Assembly: GCA_016707785.1 (NCBI GenBank)
Contig: JADJGZ010000002.1
Coordinates: 77,033-141,032 of the forward strand
DNA length: 64,000 nt
Reading direction: 5' to 3'
Source: Bacteroidales bacterium
GTDB lineage: Bacteria > Bacteroidota > Bacteroidia > Bacteroidales > UBA4417
The first letter of the stretch is position 1; each line of letters begins with the position of its first letter. The translations under genes were made by a program, and so were the position numbers. Below are positions 29,043-37,725 of the stretch, piece after piece. The notes beneath the pieces were generated by a model, which saw only the letters and a list, made by a program, of their open reading frames with translations, was not told the origin of the DNA and searched no databases.

Positions 29043-31049
29043 ATGCTACGAAAGTCTCTATTGCTCTTGGCCTTATGTTTTTTATATTTTCAGTTTCTAC
29101 AGGACGCTGAATGTCAGACTATTAAAATTAGATCAGAATTAGCATATGCAAAACTGGCCAGGTCAGCGGGTTCAGAAAAAGTGCAGTTGTTGTCTGAACT
29201 GGCTTACTATCGATCAAGCGATTCGATGAGCAGGGCCAAAGAATTGGCCTGGGAAGCTTACAATTATTCCATTCAAACCAAACAAGAACCCGATATTGCC
29301 AATTCACTCTTAAGCCTTGCAAGGGTTTATTACGATGCCGGAAATATTGACTCATCAAAAATCTTCCTCTTCAATTCGCAAAAGATTAAAAATGAAATTG
29401 AAGACATATCTGGTCTTGACAGGATTTATTTTTATTGGGGCATGATTCTTCAAAAGGATGGCAAATATCGGGAGGCAATTAAGAAGTACCAGATAGCCCT
29501 TCAATATGCCAGACTAAGCAGTAAAACTACGCTGCAGGCCCGTTGTTATACAGAACTGGCTAATTGTTACAAATTTCTGAACGAATCCGCTAAAATGAAT
29601 CAGTCGATAGAGGCTGCGCTCCTTACATTAAAAAAAGGAGGAGATTCCTTGCTGCTTTCCAATGCCTATTGTCACCTTGGGATTTTACAAAATGATCTCG
29701 GCCAGCTGGAAAATGCAGTGTCTTCATTTATTCAGTCTATCAGAATTGCAGAAGTACTGTGTGATAGTCTTGGACTAGGTTACCTCTGCTCTAATCTTGC
29801 AGGTGTATATGGTGCTTTCGCATTACCAGAGAAAGCTAATGAGTATAATCTGAAAGCTTATAATGTCTTTAAAAATACAGGAAATAAGAGGGGTATGGCC
29901 TATGCTTTGAATAGTTTAGGCATTACAGCTTCAGGATTAAAAGAAAATTCAAAAGCACTAAAGTACTATCTGGAAGCCGGGCAACTCAAAGTTGCGGTAG
30001 CTGACTGGCAAGGGGCATGTTTCATTTATAATAATATTGCTGATCTCTATATCAACACAAAGGAATTGACACTCGCAGGGAAATACCTGAAAATTGCAGA
30101 ATATTTTACCGGAAAGGCAGGTGATATGCTGTCAACGGTAGTATTCTACAATACATCCGGTCATTATCATTCAGCCAGGTATGAACATTCAATAGCCCGC
30201 AGTTTTTTTGAAAAGAGCCTTTACCTTGCTGAGACTGCAAAACTGCATGATTTTATCACGTCAAACCTTGAATCCATATCCGCCGAATATGATGCCGAGG
30301 GCAAACCCGGAGAAGCCCTGGCCTTCTTTAAAAGATACACTGCCAGGAAGGATTCGGTAGCCAGTTTAAATGACAGGAAAGCCATTGCTGAGATGCAGGT
30401 AAAGTACGATTCTGACAGAAAGGAGTCCCAGCTTAAGGAAATGAGTAGGTTGATCCTGAATAGCTCCCTGGAAAACCGTTCATTTCTCGCCGGAAATATT
30501 ACAATTGGATTGATGATCCTGCTGATTTCAGTTTTATTCCTTTATAGGATGAAATCTAAAATGAGACTAGCCAGCCAGGCTTCCGGAGCTGTCCATTCAG
30601 ATTTCCCGGGATTGGATCTTAAGAAAATCACTTTTATTACTGACCAGGCATCCAAACCAACCCTCACACCAGATCAGCAGCAATGGATCTGGTCAGAACT
30701 TAACCAGATCATGGATAAAGAAAAGTTGTTTCTCAACGGGAACCTGAAATTATCTGATCTTGCTCTCAGGCTGAATACAAATACCAGCTATCTTTCCAGG
30801 GTAATTAATGAGATGTCGAGGGAAAACTTCTGTAATTATCTCAATCAACTGCGTATCCGGGAGGCTCAACTACTGCTTTCTGATCCGGACAATTTATATT
30901 TGACGATTGAAGGGATTGCTCTTTCAGTAGGATTCAATTCCAAAAGTGCCTTCAATACCTCCTTTAAGAAATATACCTCAAAAACACCTTCCGAATACCT
31001 GAACAAGGTTCCATCTAAGGATAGAAAGCCTGTCTCAAACCCCAATTGA
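29043..31049 (+). CDS. Membrane-spanning TPR sensor fused to an AraC-type HTH domain (one-component regulator)
   Basis: About 668 aa from ATG 29043 (the ORF track begins at TTG 29037). It has a signal/anchor sequence and about 450 aa of TPR-like repeats. A single TM segment follows (FLAGNITIGLMILLISVLFLY), then a C-terminal AraC HTH (LSDLALRLNTNTSYLSRVINE...SVGFNSKSAFNTSFKKYTSKTPSEY). Confidence 0.8.
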   Translation: MLRKSLLLLALCFLYFQFLQDAECQTIKIRSELAYAKLARSAGSEKVQLLSELAYYRSSDSMSRAKELAWEAYNYSIQTKQEPDIANSLLSLARVYYDAGNIDSSKIFLFNSQKIKNEIEDISGLDRIYFYWGMILQKDGKYREAIKKYQIALQYARLSSKTTLQARCYTELANCYKFLNESAKMNQSIEAALLTLKKGGDSLLLSNAYCHLGILQNDLGQLENAVSSFIQSIRIAEVLCDSLGLGYLCSNLAGVYGAFALPEKANEYNLKAYNVFKNTGNKRGMAYALNSLGITASGLKENSKALKYYLEAGQLKVAVADWQGACFIYNNIADLYINTKELTLAGKYLKIAEYFTGKAGDMLSTVVFYNTSGHYHSARYEHSIARSFFEKSLYLAETAKLHDFITSNLESISAEYDAEGKPGEALAFFKRYTARKDSVASLNDRKAIAEMQVKYDSDRKESQLKEMSRLILNSSLENRSFLAGNITIGLMILLISVLFLYRMKSKMRLASQASGAVHSDFPGLDLKKITFITDQASKPTLTPDQQQWIWSELNQIMDKEKLFLNGNLKLSDLALRLNTNTSYLSRVINEMSRENFCNYLNQLRIREAQLLLSDPDNLYLTIEGIALSVGFNSKSAFNTSFKKYTSKTPSEYLNKVPSKDRKPVSNPN

Positions 31050-31074
31050 TCAACTAATTGATTTTCTAAATCAT

Positions 31075-31110
31075 GAAGCCTGTTCGGATTTATAAATCCG
31101 AACAGGCTTC
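31075..31110 (+). terminator. Perfect 36-nt palindrome (strong hairpin terminator/insulator)
   Basis: GAAGCCTGTTCGGATTTA (31075-31092) is followed directly by its exact reverse complement TAAATCCGAACAGGCTTC (31093-31110). It lies 26 nt after the regulator stop and is followed by GTTTG. Confidence 0.7.
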
Positions 31111-31220
31111 GTTTGCATTGACCCTTCAGGGCCCTCTACATTTGTGGCATCAATCCGACAGAAAACCAAGTTGAAACTTTCATAAACCAAATCAATTCTT
31201 ATCACTAAACAATTACAACA

Positions 31221-31580
31221 ATGGCAGAAGAAAAAATTTTTCTCGATGAAAAAGGTGTTAAAGTAACTAATGCCCGTTTCCTAACTTTTGGCAAAACCCA
31301 TTCCATGTCGGGGGTCACAGCTGTTAGTTCTTACATCATCAAACCCAATAGAAAGCAGCCCATCATCCTGGCTGTTATCGGACTGATCATTACTATTTTC
31401 CACTGGGCCGGGCTTATCCTGGTTGCCGGAGCCGTTGCTTTCTGGTTCCTTCAGAAGAATAAATACACCGTCTCTTTAAGTTCAGCCTCCGGAAATGAAG
31501 ACGCACTCACTGATCTTGACAAGGATTTCATCTTCAGGGTAGTGGATGCTTTAAATGAAGCCATTGTGTACAGGGGATAA
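31221..31580 (+). CDS. Small membrane protein of unknown function (soluble N-terminal segment plus hydrophobic hairpin)
   Basis: 119 aa. The sequence is KGVKVTNARFLTFGKTHSMSGVTAV... then PIILAVIGLIITIFHWAGLILVAGAVAFWFL, then ...YTVSLSSASGNEDALTDLDKDFIFRVVDALNEAI. It resembles small PH-like membrane proteins, but I cannot name the family securely. Confidence 0.6.
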   Translation: MAEEKIFLDEKGVKVTNARFLTFGKTHSMSGVTAVSSYIIKPNRKQPIILAVIGLIITIFHWAGLILVAGAVAFWFLQKNKYTVSLSSASGNEDALTDLDKDFIFRVVDALNEAIVYRG

Positions 31581-31708
31581 TCCTTTGAATTTTTATATGT
31601 GAATTCTATATCAGGCAGGCTTGTAATACCCACCATTGCAGGCCTGTTTTTTAACATCCCCAGACCCCGAAGCCACTATTTACAAATGTCAGTACCAATC
31701 CTCCTCTC

Positions 31709-33400
31709 ATGAAAGCCATTTCCTTTTTTTCCTTTTTATTTCTTTTACTGCTCAGCCAGATCAATGTTTGCGGACAAGAAAAAAATAAACCATCTATACC
31801 TGCACCGGTAGCAGCCTATCTTTTCGATGGGAACACGCTCAATTCAGCACCTGGTGGAGGAAAAGCAAAAATCAAACAGGGAAACATTGCATCAGGTCAT
31901 GATGGAAAGGCGCATTCCGCCTATTCTTTTTCAATCCATCCAAAAACATATAACAGTTCTGTTCAGAATATGAACTTCCCTATCGATATCAATCCCTCTA
32001 AATTCCCTTTACTCACTATCACTGCATGGGTCAAAGCCACTAACTGCTTTCGCAAAATGCTTGTGCTGGTGAATGGGACCGATAAATATGCCCGCGGGCT
32101 AATTATTGATAAGCATGATGATAATTTCAGGTTTGGAATGAACTGTGGCAAAGATGGGATTTTGTATGGCCCGCCTTTAATTGATGAATGGACCTTTATT
32201 GCCATGATTTACGACAGCAGAAACCAGGCAGCAAGGTTTATCATTAACGACCAGGTTTATTCATCAAGGGCAACTACACGTGATAATGCAGATAAAGCTT
32301 TTGTGGGAGCCTTCAACGGTACAATTGACGATATCCGGTTCTTTGATAAGATACTCACCCAGGCAGAAATTGAGCAACTGTCAGGAAAACCAATAACCGG
32401 AAACCTCTCTGAACTCGAAATCAAAGACCGTTACAGCTACAAAGAGAAAAGGAAACTTAAGGAAGAGAATAAAATCAAAGTGGGGGATATTTATATTGTC
32501 GATGCTCCGGAATACAAACTATTTGACACAACCAATCAAACAAATGCCACAAAAATTCTTGGTGAAGGAGATACCCTTTATGTGATCAGTAAATATGATG
32601 ATGGATGGTATAAAGTAACGGTTAATGGGGGTGCATCCGGTTTCACAACAAGAGGCACCATTATAAAATATGCCTATCCATCCGGGGGAAGTTCCTTCCT
32701 TCATAAACTCTCATATGAGTTCAGTCACATCTTCGATTTTACAAAACTTCGTTCATGGATCATTGTGGCCATCTTTGCAATTATCCTCTTTTTTGTCAAA
32801 CGCTATTTTATTAAACTGGACCTTTTACTTATCCGGCTAAGAAAGGGCGGGGATGAATTCGCGGGTGGCGGAGGTAAAAATGAGACCTCCTCACATTCAC
32901 AAGGCATTAACTTCCTGCACAAGATTTACCCGGTTAAAGCTTTTCAGTGGTATCCCCTGCTCTCGGGCTTAATGCTTGGTGCTACTCTATTCATAGGCTC
33001 ATTCTGGGATGGATACGAAATGGAATGGTTCTATAATGAAGGATTCAATATCCTTCCCATTGGGTACGACCGCCCGATACATTGGTTTTTTTACGGGATG
33101 ACTTTACTCACCATCCTGCTGACGATAAGCTGGTGCATAGAGAGTTTTGTAGTTGCCGGACCCTGGGTTGGTTTACTTCGGATACTTATCTTATTCATTC
33201 TGAATTTCATGTCGTTACTGGTATCCTTCTTTTTATTGGTGCTGGTGGCAGCCTTCATTCTCATCATGATAGGGTTGTGGGTGTTCGGGAATACTGTTGG
33301 ATCCGGTTCATACAAATGCCCTAGTTGTGGCCGCTCATTCAGTGCCTCTGCCGGAAGTTCGGTTTCCTGCCCGGGATGTGGAGCCAGTCTATCAACTTAG
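31709..33400 (+). CDS. Exported LamG-like / SH3-like domain protein with polytopic membrane region and C-terminal zinc ribbon
   Basis: 563 aa with signal peptide MKAISFFSFLFLLLLSQINVCGQ. The LamG/concanavalin-like region ends ...FNGTIDDIRFFDKILTQAEIEQL. The SH3-like stretch is VGDIYIVDAPEYKLFD...GDTLYVISKYDDGWYKVTV. About 5 hydrophobic helices follow, and the C-terminus is YKCPSCGRSFSASAGSSVSCPGCGASL. Confidence 0.75.
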   Translation: MKAISFFSFLFLLLLSQINVCGQEKNKPSIPAPVAAYLFDGNTLNSAPGGGKAKIKQGNIASGHDGKAHSAYSFSIHPKTYNSSVQNMNFPIDINPSKFPLLTITAWVKATNCFRKMLVLVNGTDKYARGLIIDKHDDNFRFGMNCGKDGILYGPPLIDEWTFIAMIYDSRNQAARFIINDQVYSSRATTRDNADKAFVGAFNGTIDDIRFFDKILTQAEIEQLSGKPITGNLSELEIKDRYSYKEKRKLKEENKIKVGDIYIVDAPEYKLFDTTNQTNATKILGEGDTLYVISKYDDGWYKVTVNGGASGFTTRGTIIKYAYPSGGSSFLHKLSYEFSHIFDFTKLRSWIIVAIFAIILFFVKRYFIKLDLLLIRLRKGGDEFAGGGGKNETSSHSQGINFLHKIYPVKAFQWYPLLSGLMLGATLFIGSFWDGYEMEWFYNEGFNILPIGYDRPIHWFFYGMTLLTILLTISWCIESFVVAGPWVGLLRILILFILNFMSLLVSFFLLVLVAAFILIMIGLWVFGNTVGSGSYKCPSCGRSFSASAGSSVSCPGCGASLST

Positions 33401-33456
33401 CACTCAGCTGACAGCATATCAAATAGTTATCCCATTTTTATAAATACAACAAGATA

Positions 33457-36400
33457 ATGAGAATCGATCGCTTTTTCCTCTCCAAAGCATTCCCGGATAA
33501 AGAAATTCAGCAATCATGGAATGCAGGACATGCTATTAATGAAGCCTCATATGGCAATGGAAGCTGGGCATTGACCGTTGCCTCCGTTAGTGAATATACA
33601 GGACAACAATGGAACACTGATGGTGAATTTCCTGTTGAAGAAATAAAAAACGGATGGAATGCGGGGAAGGATGTGACGTTCCTGGGGTATGGCGATGGAC
33701 GGTGGGTACTGTTCATGTCGGAAAACTCAGGTTATACTGACCAGATCTGGAGAACCAGTTCCCGCTTTCCTGAAAAGGAAATTCAAACAGGGATTAAGGA
33801 TGGATATTTTGTGACTCAACTGGCCTTTGGTTCTGATAGATGGGGTCTTATCATGTCAAAAGGAAGCAGTTATGATGAGCAGCTATATAACAGTTATAAT
33901 GAATTTCCGAAAACCGCAATTCAAAAAGGATGGGATTCGGGATATGATATCACCTCTTTAGCTTATGGGAATGGCAAATGGGGCCTTATCCTCACCAAGG
34001 GAACTGGTTTTGGTATGCAGCAATGGTACACAAACCCGGAATTCCCTATGAATGATATCAATGATAAAATCAGGGAAGGATATAGCATCAGCACCTTAAC
34101 ATTTGGCAATGATGCATGGGCCCTGGCAATGACAGAAATGGAAGCGGATTCAGAGGAAGAAAGTGAAGAAGAAATTGAATCAGGTGGAGGTAAAGTTGAC
34201 AAGGTAGCGGTAAATATAAATCCTGAGTCTGAACGATTATCGGCTGTAGGCAGCCAGTTTTTCAATAAAGGGGATTATGATAAGGCGATTGTTCAGTTCA
34301 AAAAGGCCATTGACCTGGACCCGAAGAATGTGGATGCACTGGCCGGAATTGCAACTACTTATACATGGAAAGATGATTTTGATACTGCCTTAGTCTATTA
34401 TGAAAAAGCCTTTGCCCTGGATAAGAACTCCCCTATTCTTGCTTCCAATCTTATAAGCACATATAACTATAAGGAAAATGATGAAAAGGTACTGGAAACA
34501 GTAAACCTGGCAACTCCCGGTTGTATCGACCAGATTGAATTTGCTGAAACCTTTAATGCAATCGGTGTTGCATTTTTTAATAAAAATCAGTTCGAAAAAG
34601 CCATCCACTATTACAAAAAGGCGATAAAAATTGATCCAAAGAATGAGTGTTACAATGATAACCTGGAGCATGCAGAAGAAAACCTTAAACAGCAACCGGC
34701 CCTTCAGTCGGAAACGGTTGCTCAGCCGGCCATTTACCAGGTGCCTGATATAGGTGATGAAGAGTTACTGAACCTGTCGCTGAAGGAATTAAACGGACTA
34801 ACCGGCCTTGACACGATTAAAAGGGATGTTGAAGACCTGATGAAGTATATCAGGATTGAAAAGCTTCGTCAGCAAAGGGGCCTAAATGTTAACCCGGTAG
34901 CACTACATTCTGTTTTCTCAGGCCCCCCGGGAACCGGAAAAACTACTGTAGCCCGATTGCTAGGGAAAATATTCAAAGCCATGGGATTATTGAAGAAGGG
35001 GCATGTTGTGGAGGTTGACCGCTCAGGACTGGTAGCTGAATATATTGGGCAGACGGCATTAAAAACGAATAAAATCATTGATACGGCACTTGATGGCATC
35101 CTCTTTATTGATGAAGCCTATAGCCTGGCCCCGGAAGAAGATCCGAGGGATTTTGGGAAAGAAGCCATTGAGACATTGTTAAAAAGAATGGAAGATAGCC
35201 GGGACCGGTTGATCGTGATTGTTGCTGGATATACCCAGGAAATGAAACGTTTTATTGAAGCAAACCCAGGGTTACAATCCCGTTTTACCCGCTATTTTTT
35301 CTTTGAGGATTACAGCCCTCAACAGTTATCTGATATATTCATCGAAATCACCAAATCGCGTGATTTCAGGATTGAACAGGAGGCCATTGATAAACTGCTG
35401 CGATACACCGGGTTTCTTTATCAATCAAGGACAAAAAGCTTTGGAAATGCCCGGGTGATGCGGAACCTGTTTGAGGAAGTGGTCAGGTTACAGTCGGGAC
35501 GATTGGCAATGCTTCCACATATCAGTGATGATGACCTGGTTACATTCACTGAGTCAGATATCACTGAAGCAGTAAAAGATGAGTTTGCAGATGAAAAACA
35601 GGAAACCCTTGAGGATGTTCTCAAGGAATTGCAACTACTTACCGGGCTAGGAAATGTAAAGAAAGATGTTTCTACCCTGATCAATTATATAAAAATTGAA
35701 AAGATGCGGAGGGAGAAGGGGTTGGGATCCAACTCCATTAGTCTGCATACTGTTTTTTATGGGCCTCCGGGAACCGGAAAAACCACGGTTGCCCGCATGC
35801 TTGGACGAATCTTCAAAGCGATGGGTATCCTCTCAAAAGGCCATGTGGTAGAAGTGTCGAGGGCCGATCTTGTTGGACAATATATTGGGCATACAGCACC
35901 CAAAACTATGAAAGTGATCGACTCAGCCATTCATGGCATTCTCTTTATTGATGAGGCCTATATGCTCACTCCTGCTGACTCATCCAATGATTTCGGGCAA
36001 GAAGCTGTCGACACCCTTCTAAAACGTATGGAAGATGACCGGGACAAGCTCGTAGTGATTGTAGCCGGATATACTGAAGAAATGAATCATTTCCTGGAAT
36101 CCAACCCCGGCCTCCGATCCAGGTTTAACAGGAATTTTTATTTCAATGACTATGAATCTCTAGAATTGACAGAAATCTTCCTCGGAATGTGTAAGGCAAA
36201 CCACTTCCAGGTAACCCTGAAGTGCCGGAAATAGTACAGGAATACTTCAGTACCTTATATGAATCAAAGGATCATAGCTTTGGAAATGGCAGAATGGTCA
36301 GGAACTATTTTGAGAAAATGATCCAGGTGCATTCCGACAGAATTTCTCTGTTGCCGGAAGTGGATGAGGCTACATTAAACACCTTCGCCCCTGAGGATGC

Positions 36401-36467
36401 GGAAAAGGCAATGGATAGACCCCTTTCCGGCGGTGGAGGAAAGAAAGCAATCGGATTTAAACACTAA
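33457..36467 (+). pseudogene. Large repeat-TPR-tandem AAA+ ATPase (CbbX/SpoVK/EccA-like modules); reading frame broken by a 1-nt frameshift near 36215-36217 as assembled
   Basis: ORF 33457-36234 (925 aa) plus ORF 36222-36467 (81 aa). It has five 46-aa repeats, an acidic linker and TPRs. Two AAA+ modules each carry GPPGTGKTTVAR (34921-, 35761-), ILFIDEAY and VIVAGYT.EM..F...NPGL.SRF. The 81-aa ORF (PEIVQEYFSTLYESKDHSFGNGRMVRNYFEK...) aligns with the lid of module 1 (EAIDKLLRYTGFLYQSRTKSFGNARVMRNLFEE...). One extra C in the CCC run would fuse the frames. Confidence 0.85.
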
Positions 36468-36475
36468 AGCATCGT

Positions 36476-37708
36476 ATGATCAAGTACCTTGAAAACCGGG
36501 TCTGGGCTTTAAACGCCCGGATTGTCCAGACAGACGCAGATCCAATAATTATCAATGAACAGATTCAGGGAAAAATTACTTCCGGGCTCTTTTCAGAGGG
36601 TGGTATTCAGTTTGCTTACAGTGAAAACCCAATAGGTAACTATTCCTTCAGGCCTATTGAAATAACTATGAAATGCACAGAGGTGGCAATTGCAAAATAC
36701 CAGGAATTACTGGACAAAAAAGAAATTCCTTTCCTGTTGACCTCCTTCCGCTTCATTATAAACACTTTTGGATTCCTTAATATCCTTCCCATCTTTGAAT
36801 TCAAGGGTAAGATAGAAGAAGAACAACTTTCAGCTATTGAATCTTTTGGAGATGCTTCAGCAGAAGTATTAGACGGATTATTTGAAGAAATTTCCCGTGT
36901 GATTGATATCCTGGATGAAATAGGCATACTGAAAAAATCGGCTTTTTATCATTTTGGTGTTCCATCAGGCATCGAAAAGTACCAGGTCCATACCAAAGAC
37001 GACAGCTATAACTACCTCGTTCATCAGTTCTATATTAATGATTCCGAACAATTATTGAAAACAGTAACTCATTACCAGGTAGAAGAACAGTCCAACACCT
37101 TTGAAAATCATCAGTATTATGCGGTATTCCCTATTTATTTCTGGGAACTGAAACAGCGGGTAGATGATGAAGAGTTGGTCAGATTAACTTCCATCGACAG
37201 CTATATGATCTGTGAAACCGTTGCGATTAATAACTCCCTTCATGTTTACAATTCCTTCCTGGATTGTTTGAATCAAAACCTGGAAATTGACTCCAACCAT
37301 CTTCGGAATATTTTCAATTATAACACCTGGCAAATTCAGAACCTTCGACTGTTCAATCCCAATTTCACCTTGCACCAGTTCCGTTTCATGAAGACTTATC
37401 GCAAGAATTCAGATATTGAATCAAAATATGAATTATACAAGGATGCTGAGAAATCCCTATCCTTTGCCATAGAAGGAATGGAGGTATCCCGAACCCAGCA
37501 ATCGGAACGGGTCATGCAATTCATTCTTGCCCTGTTTACGGCACTAACCCTATATTCAGTTATTACAGATGTTTATGCGCTTATCACATCGAGTGTGGAT
37601 TCGGTACCTTTTTCCCTTCACTCTATGCAAAGTATCATTTTTATCCTCGAAACCCTGGTGATTATCTCCTTTATCCTGTTTTTCAGAAAAATCAGCAGGA
37701 AGTTATAA
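36476..37708 (+). CDS. Hypothetical protein with soluble N-terminal domain and two C-terminal TM helices (CorA-like topology, no GMN motif)
   Basis: 410 aa, starting 8 nt after the AAA+ gene. The C-terminus reads ...SERVMQFILALFTALTLYSVITDVYALITSS (TM1), then a short loop, then IIFILETLVIISFILFFRKISRKL (TM2 with a basic tail). Confidence 0.7.
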   Translation: MIKYLENRVWALNARIVQTDADPIIINEQIQGKITSGLFSEGGIQFAYSENPIGNYSFRPIEITMKCTEVAIAKYQELLDKKEIPFLLTSFRFIINTFGFLNILPIFEFKGKIEEEQLSAIESFGDASAEVLDGLFEEISRVIDILDEIGILKKSAFYHFGVPSGIEKYQVHTKDDSYNYLVHQFYINDSEQLLKTVTHYQVEEQSNTFENHQYYAVFPIYFWELKQRVDDEELVRLTSIDSYMICETVAINNSLHVYNSFLDCLNQNLEIDSNHLRNIFNYNTWQIQNLRLFNPNFTLHQFRFMKTYRKNSDIESKYELYKDAEKSLSFAIEGMEVSRTQQSERVMQFILALFTALTLYSVITDVYALITSSVDSVPFSLHSMQSIIFILETLVIISFILFFRKISRKL

Positions 37709-37725
37709 TTGTCCCTTGCCGGATA

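Noticed and set aside
31612-31652. Possible terminator between the 119-aa gene and the LamG gene
   Set aside because: The stem is only 5 bp of Watson-Crick pairing (CAGGC/GCCTG) plus G:U pairs, with a 21-nt loop before TTTTTT. That is too weak to annotate, though it is why I regard gene 1 as the least certain member of the cassette.
36222-36467. The 81-aa ORF as an independent small gene (GTG start)
   Set aside because: Its sequence aligns collinearly with the C-terminal lid of the first AAA+ module, and it overlaps the upstream ORF by 13 nt. It is the displaced C-terminus of the same protein.
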